Below are positions 29,659 to 41,372 of a stretch of 64,000 nucleotides of DNA, piece after piece. How positions within the stretch are numbered: position 1 is the stretch's first letter; each line of letters begins with the position of its first letter. The stretch lies in assembly GCA_951406725.2 (NCBI GenBank), contig OX597824.1:62992001-63056000 (forward strand), read 5' to 3'. The position numbers and the translations under genes were made by a program. A model generated the notes under the pieces. The model saw only the letters and a list, made by a program, of their open reading frames with translations. It did no database searches and was not told the DNA's origin. The stretch comes from Octopus vulgaris (taxonomy: Eukaryota).

Positions 29659-31265
29659 CACCACCATCACCACAGATATATACTAAAAAAGACACCACCA
29701 TCACCACAAATATATACTATAAACACACAGACACACATCAATACCTAAATTTTAAGTCGTGCCATCCACCACATACAAAACCTAACATCCCATTCTGCCT
29801 AGCCAGAAGAATTTGTACCATTGTAGAAGATGCAAATATCAGGAACAAACGCCTAATAGAATTAAGAGAATTTTTGCTCAAACAAAAATACCCATCTCTA
29901 CTTATAGAAAATGGCATACAGCGGGCTATAAAAATACCCATACAACAACTTAGGACAACCCAAGGAAGAGGAATACAAGAATAAGTCATACCATTCATAG
30001 TGACACACAACCCATGTCACCAGAATATCTTCAACATTGCCAAAGCAAACCTACCAATCATTGCCCAAAGTAATGAATTAAAAGACATAATCACGGATCG
30101 AGCTATGGTGCTTAGTAAAAGACAGCCTAAAAACTTGAAAACATTACTAACAAAGGCAAAATTTGACCTTAGCAACAAAAACCAAACATTCACGGTATCT
30201 AAATGCAATGATAGCCGATGTGGCACATGCCAATTCATACATACCGGTCAATATATAAACACAAAAACCGGGAAAATATTCACAAACGCGAATATGAACT
30301 GCAAAAGCAGAAATTTAATTTACTGCATCAAATGCCCAAATTGTGAAGAAATATATGTAGGTCAGACGGGAAACGCACTATTAGAACACTCACGTGTACA
30401 CCGGATAAATATACAATAGATTAGAGACCCAGAGGTCCGTCAGATACCTTTGAGTAACCACCTAGCAACATGTGGCCGGAAAATGTATATAATATTTCCG
30501 TTCTACAAATTACACAGCCCAAGTGAAATCGAGAGGAGAATCAGAGAAAAGAATTTTATTGATCAATTCGAACCCAAGCTAAATAAGCAATAATAATAAT
30601 ACTTAGAGGTACTACTTCCACTGCTACGACCATGACCACTAACAACAACAACAATACTAAAGGTGATCAAGATGAAGATAGCAGGAAAATTATCTTATTT
30701 AGGGTTAAAAGTTCTATTGCCACCACCATCACCACTAGCAACAACAATTAAGGTGCTGACAATGATGATGAGGACAATTGAAATATAAAAATATAAAAAT
30801 CTCTGACAAAGGATATTTACAACATTTCTAAAAATAACCCAACAATTGCTGCTTCGGCCAGGGTCAAGATACAGGACTCTTGACATGTCCAACAAAGCGT
30901 GATGCCTAAACCAATCAGCTCAACCAACCAATCAGCTTAAGTAATTGAGTGATACTACACACTGATTGGTCAGAATACAGTTTGCAAAACCTAGCACTCT
31001 GGAGCCTACCCAGCTGTATTTATAGCACAGAATCAATCATCTTGCTACAGTCAAAAATCGTGAAGCATGACTGTCACCACTACTACATGAACCCGAAGAT
31101 TGCAGAATTCAATGCATGAAAGTACTAGTTCAATCAGAATGAACATTTAACATTCTACTATTTCATTTTATTTTATTCAATTATAATATATTATATTATA
31201 ATATATCATTATAAGATTGTAAATAAAACGTGAAAATCAGACAAGGTTGGAATTCCTTTTATTAA
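29653..31265 (+). mobile_element. Penelope-like element 3' portion (RT thumb, Cys-rich linker, GIY-YIG, pLTR); Neptune-like architecture
   Basis: DIYYKHTDTHQYLNFKSCHPPHTKPNIPFCLARRI...RQPKNLK...CNDSRCGTC...CKSRNLIYCIKCPNCEEIYVGQT...HL..REKNFIDQFEPKLNKQ* (stop 30591-30593); a few internal stops; inserted in (TA)n; ~33-bp duplication at the 5' junction. Confidence 0.92.
31088..31132 (+). ncRNA. Minimal hammerhead ribozyme motif of the PLE pLTR (core U4->C)
   Basis: TGAAC-CCGAAGA-T.TGCA(GAATTCAA)TGCA.T-GAAA-GTAC-TA-GTTCA; palindromic GTAC helix-III loop as in dimer-acting PLE hammerheads. Confidence 0.7.
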
Positions 31266-31619
31266 CATATATATATATATATATAAAGTTGTGGGTTACA
31301 GCACAAGTAAAAATATACGGAAAAGAAACTGAAAATGCAGGTGTCTTTTTAAGATATTTATTAACTTAACCGGTTTCTCTTATTTAAAAAAGATTTTCAA
31401 AAATAAGGTATGCGGTTTTGTTTATCCTCTTTGGTGTCAACAATTAGTTTATATAAATGTATTCAAATCAAGTCAAAGAGTTATGTATATCCTGTGTGAT
31501 GAGCTGAAATATAGTTTACATACAAACATTTAGATCAGGTTATAAACTTGTTTTACAGCAATAAGAAGATAAATATTAGTTTACATAAATATGTATTAAT
31601 GTACGCACAAAGAGTAGTA

Positions 31620-32030
31620 GTACCAATTTCACTATATTGTGGACATCCGGTGATGTCAATAGTGAAAGCTTTGATGGGGGTTTACACGTACTGGACGACA
31701 ATAGACAGGGACATTTGGTAATATCATGTGGAGGTTGAGCGCTAGTAGCCAAGGCAACACCGGTGACATACCAGTCGTGGCCTGTGATGGATAGTCTGTG
31801 GTCCAGGGCAGATATAGACTACGCCACTGAATAGCGTGTACTACTTGTTCATTGTTGATAGCTTTACCAAGTGGCCGGAAGTATGTATGTGCAGTCAACC
31901 TACCTTGAAGGCAGCAATAAAGTTCCTGTACGAACTTTTTGCTCGATACCTTGTTCTGGACACCATAGCATCGAACAAAAGAACACAATTTACAGGATAC
32001 AATTTCAAGAAATTCTGCAAAATGCAGACT
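31620..32030 (+). mobile_element. Gypsy LTR-retrotransposon integrase fragment
   Basis: WSRADIDYA..YYLFIVDSFTKWPEV..IKFLYELFARYLVLDTIASNKRTQFT..FKKFC (decayed rve core; SDNG equivalent lost). Confidence 0.85.
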
Positions 32031-32184
32031 GAACATTTAGAAATAATTCCTAAGCAGAAAAGTTTATTGAACTCTCTAGAGAAGCAAAATTTCAAAAAGG
32101 GCGAGGTACTGGAAGGAAAGAAAAGATAATAATAAAATATATTTCGTTTCCTACGGAAGTCGAAATCTTAAAATGGGAAATATT

Positions 32185-33150
32185 GTGGCGAGAGTAACGA
32201 CACACCCTTTGAGAATAAACATGACCAAATGACTAGACATAGTAGTGGTCTGAGTGAGAGAGAGAAAGCAGGCATTAATCACAGGAATTCGTAAGGTGAC
32301 GTTTGGTAGTTTGTTGGAAATTCGTTTGTTGGTTCATGTATAGTTCGTGGAGTGTTTGTTGGATTGCAACGTTGTTGTTACCTTGCTTTGTTATGTATAT
32401 TATTGATACTATACGATTATAGTGTAGAAATTACCATAGAAATTACCAAATAGTAACAATACTTCAATAGTCGGCGACAAGTAACTACGTTACATCACAA
32501 ACGAGAAAAATTCTGCATTCAGTATCAGGGTCACGCAAGGTCACATTAAGTACACGGTCGCTAACAAACGTGGTTGGGTTGCGTGACTTTGGGAATCGGT
32601 AGTCGTGGCTCAACCGTGCACTCCGCGTAAACTGCATGCGACCATTGTGAGGATAACTTAGCTCCCAAACGAAAGCAATTCTGTATGCAGCGCCAGGGCG
32701 CGCAAGGTCACATTAAGGTCACAGTCTCTAACCAATGTGTTTAGGTCTTAGACACCACAAATTAGTAGGTTATTGTGCATGCAATACTTCGGTTTGTAAT
32801 CAATAGCTGAAGAATATTTGTTCGAGCTTCGTCTATGCTTAGAAGGAAGAATTTGATACTGAAGCTAAAAGAAAATAGCTGAATAGTTGCTCAGGATTAA
32901 ACATATTTTAAAATATTATTTCATAATAAGCATAGTGTGTTCCAACGGTTTTTATTCCGACATATTGCCACCTATGGTACAACGGAAACAGGCTATTATT
33001 ACTACCACTTGGACAACGCAGTTTGAAGTGTACATCGGTTCCTCCATATAATAGAACCTGCTTATATCATTTCAGTAGCTGCTTTATCCAGTTTGAAAGG
33101 AAGCAATGCGTGGGCCAATGTGGTCTGTCGCACGTGCCTCAGGAAGGGGG
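32185..33150 (+). mobile_element. Possible LTR (TG..CA, 32185-32466), PBS-like tagtcggcgac and 5' internal region
   Basis: TG/CA ends, GGCGAC just after CA, ~70-bp direct repeats at 32509-32580 and 32677-32747; no second LTR seen. Confidence 0.3.
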
Positions 33151-33291
33151 TTTCTGACCCCAGGGGCCCCATTACTTATTATGTGAAACGGTTTAAGAGT
33201 CTAACGTAAGTAATATATATTCCCAGTTTGGAGAAAATAAGTTGTGAACTTCAGACGTTCTGTGGGTTTACACGTACACACACATCCTCAG

Positions 33292-33627
<336 letters not shown>

Positions 33628-36379
33628 AGGTGCTGCTCGCTGGGCCGATTCACTAAATGTAAACTTTTTAAAAAGAAAACCGGTTTGACCTCTCAAGATG
33701 AATTTAATAATTCAAACCGTGATAATTTTATTGACAATTAAACTCATGCATTTAAATATTTATTAATATATATATCAAATATATATAATCGATCGTACTG
33801 TTTTATACCACACAGTATATTTTAAAGAATGTGGGACTATTTCAAATGCTGTTGCATCCTAGCTTTCTCTTATGAAACAGCATGACAACGCATATTCCCT
33901 TAAGTGAACAGACTTCATTATACATATTTCATTCTTAAACATATTATAGTAAAATAAGTAAAATGTAACGAAAAGAGAGTGTTTTTACATTTGAAAAAAA
34001 GTAAAAATATATTCATTAACTAAGTAAAGTAGATCGTAGATATCTATAATTATTTATCTCTCTACGAAAATGTTTTGAATCGAATACCAAAACGATGTTT
34101 GAATGGACTAAATTCTACCAAGATGACAAGAATACTTGTAGAAACATTACTAGAAGTAGTCGATGAAAGTAGGGTTTTATTTTATATTTGAATATCTGTT
34201 TATATCTCTAAGTGTCTATTGACATGTTAGTGTCATCAGCTTTTGGTGATGATTACTAAAGAAACTTCTCTGAAACTCAAATTTAACTCTAGACTTGAAG
34301 CCAGAAAACGAGATATGTCAGACACATGTCTCTTTCATCTAGTTGGTAATTGGACTCATTTCCGATTACTACTGTGTACCTTAAAGATATGAAAGACATA
34401 TTCCTTGTTTGTTAAGAAAAATGGAAAAAGAATAGTGAGACTTGCAGTCTTAGCTGTGGGTTCTGTGTCGTGTTATAAAACTTACGTTCATGATGAAGAT
34501 GGAAATTCTTAGACAACTCGTCGTAACATAGCATCCAATTAATCTTGGTCATTATTACCGTTCGCCACTTTGATTTACAACTTCAAGAGAGAAGTTAATA
34601 TGAATTCTTTCTATGTCCTCGCATATTTCGTTCTTTTCATATGTGTCTTGTTTTAACTTAGGCACTTTTCCTGCACATTTATAATGAAGTAATGCAAAGA
34701 TATACACTAATATACATATATACATGTATACTTACATGCACAAATACCTACATATGTGCGTCTGAGTATGTTTATATATACATATTGTAAACTTTGGTTG
34801 TAGAACAACAACAAATATGAGGTCATCTACCTAACATATCCCATCTCGAACATTTAATCACATAATGCTTTTTCATACACATAGTTTACTATATTTGTCT
34901 CATTTACTTGAGCACTTCTATAGCAGTCCTATTAAACATGTTGTTACTGATAAGAAACAATCACTTTATTATTGATATATATATATATAAATATGTGTGT
35001 GTGTGTGTGTGCGTGTGTGTGTGTGTGTGTGTATGTGTGTGTGTGTGTGTGTCTGTGTGTGTCTGTGTATGGCGTGTGTGTGTGTTAAAGTAATATGGTT
35101 ACTGAATCTTCAATGTTCCCACCACAATTTCTTTTTAATCGACAAAAATATACAGTACCCCCTTTCTTAGAGGCGGTACTATGTACTCCACCGCTCATTC
35201 TTTTTTAATTTAAACGGATAGGACTACTACAACTTGCTTAACAACATCTTGTTTCTTCCAAATTATTTACGGATAAACTTTCAAAGTTTATATGCTTCCT
35301 GTATGAAGATAATTCTGAAAGCTTCATGCTGTTTAAAGTATTTTCAATTCAGCCTCATAGCTCGATGTGAGAACATGCCTGCACTCGTCAGAGCTAAATA
35401 ATAATCTAACTATATAATTGCCATGATTGTCGGTGGAAGCATAATGAAAAGATAGAGAGTTTGGAAGAATAATTAAAACATAGGTTCAAGGAGGAAGCCA
35501 GTTGAAATTAGAAATTTTTATGAAACATTTGAATACAAGCACAGAGTCAGCTTTCTTGAAATTAATACTTGTTATATATATAAATAAAGCAAATTAGGGC
35601 TATCAGCAATTTTCTTCATTGTTAGAGATATAAATTTTTAAATGCTTAAACTGTCAAACGACATTTCTCACACAGACGACATTTGAAAATTAAGTAGAAG
35701 TAGCAAGTGATAAAAAAAAAGAAATGAATGAGGAATTGACAGTGTGAGAGAAATTTATTTTTAAGTATCGAGCGACAGAAAGTGCACACAACATAAATAT
35801 TGTTGTCATATTAGTTATATATTTGTTTCCAATAATTGTTGACTGAATCAACAACTCTGGACAAGGGAAATTACGAGTGTACAAGTAAATATGTTATGAT
35901 TCTTTATTTTTGAAATTTGTTTTTCCATTTCTCTTCCTACGTATTAAAGTATCATTAGCAATGAAAATATTTTTGTTTACGACTTTGTATAACATATATT
36001 AATGAAGCACATTCACTTCGCAAAATATGGGCGAAATACTAAATGAAACAAATAAATGTCAAAAGTTCCGCCATTAATTGTTCCATAAAAAAAAAAAACC
36101 AGTAGCAATGACTACTACGAAATAGAGAAAAAGAAGACAAGCAGGACAGCAATTATTTGTCTGTCAACCACTCTTTCTTTTATCCTGTGTAAAGACACTT
36201 ATACAAAAATATCTTTCCCCTTGTAAGTTAATGTTGCTCATATTATATTTCAGATCGTGTAGAGCTGGGGGTTATCATCCACACCGCAACATTTATAGAT
36301 TTCATATCGAACTCATTTCATGTTAGCCACTGCAAGAGATATGCGTCTGAAGCTGCATTGTCCCATATCTTTATATTTG

Positions 36380-36623
36380 ATTCTGTAGTGTCTGAGGAGA
36401 GTCATTTTCTTCTTCTGCCTTATGATATAACACACTCACGGGTAAAATTTCCACTTATTTCTTATTTTTATTTTCCTAACATTTTCGTTGCGTCTTGCAA
36501 CCTTTGCAAGACACAACGAAAATTTTAGGAGAATAAAAATAAGAAATAAGGGAAATGTTACCGGTGAGTGTGTTACATTATAAGGCTCAAAAAGAAAATG
36601 ACTCTCCCCAGACACAACAGAAT
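36380..36623. repeat. ~240-bp imperfect palindrome formed by two head-to-head copies of a pLTR-like repeat
   Basis: Arms 36380-36500 and 36504-36623 around ttgcaa-cct-ttgcaa. Confidence 0.85.
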
Positions 36624-37259
36624 ATGCTTCAAAACACGAACTCATATAAAGAATCTTGCAAACCAAATCCAAAAACGAAATATTCATATTTCATTGTAAA
36701 TGCATTAGATTAACTAGGTCAGTTTATCTCTCCCTTCTGTCTTCTGCCTGTAATTTTCTTTGTCTTTATCTTTACTTCGATTACCACTTTCGATAACTTT
36801 TGTTCTTCTTGCTGCAAATATCTCACTTATAATTTTCCAATTCTCTAGATTTATTAAACGTTTTAGCAGTGGGCCTCGCTACTAGAAAATTTAATGACTG
36901 TTGTCGGCAGTATTTCTACGAATATTTAGTGCGATAAGGAGGATCTAAGATGGTAAACGTTATCGAAACATGAAAGGCAGCGTTACACCGTGTACGTCAG
37001 CCCTTTTCTTTGCACCCAGGGTTGTAGAGATAACAGATGCAACTAGGCAAGAATTTGATAGTTTCAGAATACAATGTTAAACCTACCACCGTATGCCTAA
37101 AAACTACCAACGTTATGCATATCACTGTGTAGAAGACCCAAAGATACAAAAAATTCTACAATGTTAAGGCTACCCGATTCAGGTTCTATAATTAATTATG
37201 ATCATCACACAAATATGTTGTATGAATAAACGGAAGCTAAAGATAAAATAAATAGTCTT

Positions 37260-37326
37260 AATCAAAGGCAGATAACTATTTTTCAGAGAGTAATCAAAGG
37301 CAGATAACTATTTTTGAGAGAGTAAT
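37260..37326 (+). repeat. ~32-bp tandem duplication
   Basis: aatcaaaggcagataactattttt(c)agagagt x2. Confidence 0.9.
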
Positions 37327-37357
37327 TAATAAAGCTAACAACGAGTTTTCCTTTTAG

Positions 37358-37512
37358 GTAGATCTAGTTGTTCTGGAAGCATCTACATTTATCACTCATT
37401 CATGAGACCTTCCACGTAGAAGGGATAATACAGTGCTACTTCCGGCAACTAGAAGAGATGTCGTTTGACAGTTTAAGCATGGTGACTTTCTTAAAAGGGA
37501 ATGAACAACGCG
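37358..37512 (+). other. Candidate host exon (UTR or first coding exon)
   Basis: Branch-point-like gctaac 37334-37339, pyrimidine tract ttttcctttt, AG 37356-37357; donor-like GCG|gtgaga; ATG 37458 opens MSFDSLSMVTFLKGNEQR to the donor; no recognised homology. Confidence 0.3.
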
Positions 37513-38034
37513 GTGAGAAGGGTTTTAAAATTCCCGTTTAAATACTAGAAAATTCAATTTCGTTAATGATAATACCACCTTAAGAAATGCAGCATATTTA
37601 TGATGTCCCTTACACCCATTGGAGCAATCGCATTTGCATGAAATAATGAACTGCATATAATTGATTTGCTTCTGAAACAGATTATATAGATTGGTCAAAT
37701 TTTATGTGGAAAGTGCTTTTACTCAGACGTGACACTAGCTAGACAGCTAACATTAGAAGCATATGTATAGAAGTAAAAATCATGAATCAAGTTTTTTCAA
37801 TCATGTTTTACAAAATACAATAAACGAAACATTAGAAACGAGCTGATGGATGAGAACAATTTAACGGTTGGGGATGTGATTTTACATAACAATTTTGGAT
37901 TTCATGATCACGTACTTGCAATACCATTAAGAACTTTTAATGATAATGATAATGTAAACAATATCTATGGATATTCGATTAACATCACCTGTAATGATCA
38001 AATTGCTGAGGTTAAATTCATAAAAATACGTATG

Positions 38035-38212
38035 AATCCTTTCTACATTAGGCTTGGCATTTTGGGGGAGAGGTCTAGTCGTTATTACTTTGACCCCGAA
38101 AGGTTAAAATCAAAGTCGATCGCATCGGAATCTGAACTCAGAACCTAAAAACACACGAAAAGCCGCTAAGTATTTTGTCCAGCATGATAACGAATCTGAA
38201 GGTTCTCCGTCT
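38035..38212 (-). mobile_element. Diverged SINE
   Basis: tgaccccgaaagg..aaagtcga..gaatctgaactcagaac..ccgctaag is the reverse complement of the 38368 family. Confidence 0.65.
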
Positions 38213-38367
38213 TTGAAAATAGATAATTACAGAGTGATTTTATTAATGAGACATTGACAAGGACACTCTAAATCTCCCTGTGAAATTTGTAAGTGAACAA
38301 TATTTATCTAGCACTTCACCGCATTTGAAGAAAGTGAAAAGTGGTTCAAATATTATGACTGAACATT

Positions 38368-38795
38368 AGGTGGTGAGCTGGCAGAAGTGTTAGTACACCG
38401 GGTGAAATGCTTAGCGGTATTTCGTCTGCCGTTACGTTCTGAGTTCAAATTCCGCCGAGGTCTACTTTACCTTTCATCCTTTCGGGGTCGATAAATTAAG
38501 TACCAATTACGCACTGGGTTCTATTCAATCGACTTAATCCCTTTCTATGTCTTTGTTTGTCCCCTCTATGTTTAGCCCCTTTGTGGGCTATAATGACATA
38601 AGAAGTGTTAGTACGCCAGGTAAAATGCTTAGCGGTAGTTACGTTCTGAGTTCAAATAGCGCTGAGGTTGACCTTACCTTTCATCTTTTCGAAGTCGATA
38701 AAAGAAGTACCAGTTGAGCACTGAGGTGAGGATCGATGTGACCTACTTAACCCCCTTCCCTGAAATTGCCGGCCTTGTGCCAAAATTTGAAACCG
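38368..38795 (+). mobile_element. Two tandem tRNA-derived SINE copies
   Basis: ggtggtgagctggcagaagtgttag head, B-box-like gagttcaaattcc, core cctttcatcctttcggggtcgataaattaagtacc; second copy 38600-38795. Confidence 0.85.
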
Positions 38796-39752
38796 TTCTA
38801 TGATTAATCATTGAAAACACTCACACTCACGTCCTTCATGCTAATATATTAATATTGATTTAGCTTCTAAAGTGCTGGGTCTACCTTAATAGATCAATCG
38901 TATGCAGTTAGTATTGATATCCCCCATATAATTAGAATATATAAATCCCAAGTTTAGTACATTTTTAGGGTATTAATGCATCTACTACAAATTTTGATCC
39001 TGTTTCGCTACATGCAATGCAAATTGACTTACAGTCAACAGTATCTGAAAATATGGTATTTGTCTCTTACAAATGTAATCATGTCATATACGCGTATCTA
39101 TTTTAATGGTGTAAGCACTTACTTTTGTACAATGAGGAATTAAAAACGGACTTCCGAATTTTAATCTGTACATGAAAATTATTATGCTAATTTCCAGTTT
39201 AGAAGTGATTATGAAAAATAAGGTTAAACTTTTTCTGAGGTGAAAGAACTGCAAAATCTTCAAGAATATGAAAATAAATTGTAGTTATTATAATAATTAT
39301 GGCTTCTGTTGAAATGTTGTAAACTATAACATTGGAATTGACAGATTCATATCAACTGATGATATCATAAATGTATGAGATTGAAGCTGCAATTTTCTAA
39401 TCAGCATTAATAAGCATCAATCATGATAAAGTAGTGATTAATGAGCAAATAATTGTAGGTAAATCATTAATGAAAATACATAAGCTTTTGAAACTAACTG
39501 AAAATGAAATATTTTATATTATTTAAATGATGTGAAAATTGAAATGATATTTTGAAAATTCAGCTCAAGTGAAAATTTATATCAGGATTCAAAATTTTTT
39601 TACACCCCTTTATTTATCACAATATTGTTGTCTTATAGTAATTGATAACAAACAGAATTGTGTCTCTATTTATAACATGTGCTAATTGCAATCATACAAA
39701 TAATAAAATTCTACGTAATTTAATAATTCATTTAAAGTGTAAATAACAATGA

Positions 39753-39830
<78 letters not shown>

Positions 39831-39889
39831 TAGAAGAAGAAGAAGAAGAAGAAGAAGAAGAAGAAGAAGAACAACAACAACAACAACAA

Positions 39890-40694
39890 CAACGCCTACC
39901 TACAAGAAACTGCCGGGCCAACACATTAAGGAACGGCAGTAGTCCAATATGTCGCGTATGTCAACAGTAAAATGAAACCATTGATCATGTTCTCTCCATT
40001 TTCAGTTTTCTTGCACCTACAGGGTATCTCAACAGGCATGATAGACCAGCACAATATATTCACTGGGTAATTTGCAAAATCATGGAACTGCCATGATAAA
40101 GATTGGTGGGAACACAAATCGCCTCCAATGCTTGAAAATGATCATATCTAACTCCTCTGGAACTTCGCCATTCAAGCTGACAAAAACATAGAAGGAAATA
40201 GGCCAGACATTATATTCAATGAGTTCACAAAAGATCATGCCTCCTCATTGATAGGATGTCCTAATTGACATAAATGTATCTGTCAAGACCTACCAAAACC
40301 TGAGCAAGTATAAAGAACTTGAAATAGGAATTGGCAAAATGTGGAACCTCAAGGCTAAAACAAAACCTCTTGTCATAGGTGCCTTAGGAATGATAGCAAA
40401 TGTAGCTGATTGCTGCCTAGCTCAGATACCAGGAAACCCCAAGATGGCACAAATTCAAAAGATCGTGTTCAAAGTACTCCTACGTAAAATACTGTCTATA
40501 TAAACTCAAATTTTAAAACAAACTCATAACTTTCTTATTTATTCTTAAACATTCTCTGAAGCAATACCATTTGAAAAACCAAATAAGTGACACCCTAGGC
40601 ATAACACCAACATGAACTTCTAACTTATTGTCTCTTTAGTTCTCTGAATGAGACTTGGGGACAACATGTACAAATACAAAGCAAAAGTCAATCA

Positions 40695-40697
<3 letters not shown>
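39890..40697 (+). mobile_element. 5'-truncated R4/Dong-clade LINE (Zn knuckle, restriction-like endonuclease, 3' UTR)
   Basis: PICRVCQQ*NETIDHVLS..YLNRHDR..YIHW..LLWNFAIQADKNIEGNRPDII..SKYKELEI; ends in (TAA)n. Confidence 0.85.
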
Positions 40698-40731
<34 letters not shown>

Positions 40732-40747
40732 GTAAAAAAATAAAATT

Positions 40748-41128
40748 CAGCAAAATGTGAAAGCTGAAGACTAAAGCAATACCTGTTGTCATAGGTGCCC
40801 TGAGAATGATAGCAAAAGGGGCTGATTGCTACCTAACTCACATACCAGGAAACCCCAAAATGGCAGAAATTCAAAAGATTGTGCTCATCGGAACTGCTCA
40901 TATCCTACGCAAAATGCTTTCTATGTAATCTCAAGGTTTGAAGCAAACATAATTTTCGTTTTTTTTTTTCAGACATTCACGAGTACCCCCCCCCAAAAAA
41001 AAAAAAAAACAAATATATGGCACACTAGGCATAACAACACCATGAACTTCCAACCTATTGTCTCTTGAGGTCTCTGGGTGAGACTTGGAGCCAACTTCTA
41101 CAAATATAAAGTAAAAGTCAAACATAGA
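40748..41128 (+). mobile_element. Second short 3' copy of the same R4/Dong family
   Basis: Aligns with 40333-40695 (IPVVIGAL.MIAK..EIQKIVLIGTAHILRKMLSM*; same 3' UTR ending aaaagtcaa); followed by (TAA)/(TAG)n. Confidence 0.85.
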
Positions 41129-41154
41129 ATAATAGTAATAATAATAATAATAGC

Positions 41155-41284
<130 letters not shown>

Positions 41285-41329
41285 ATAATAATAATAATAA
41301 TGATATAAGATAATGATGATGATGATGAT

Positions 41330-41370
<41 letters not shown>

Positions 41371-41372
<2 letters not shown>

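Noticed and set aside
37846-38148. 100-aa ORF as continuation of the candidate exon
   Set aside because: Its 3' third is antisense SINE sequence and the rest shows no recognisable domain
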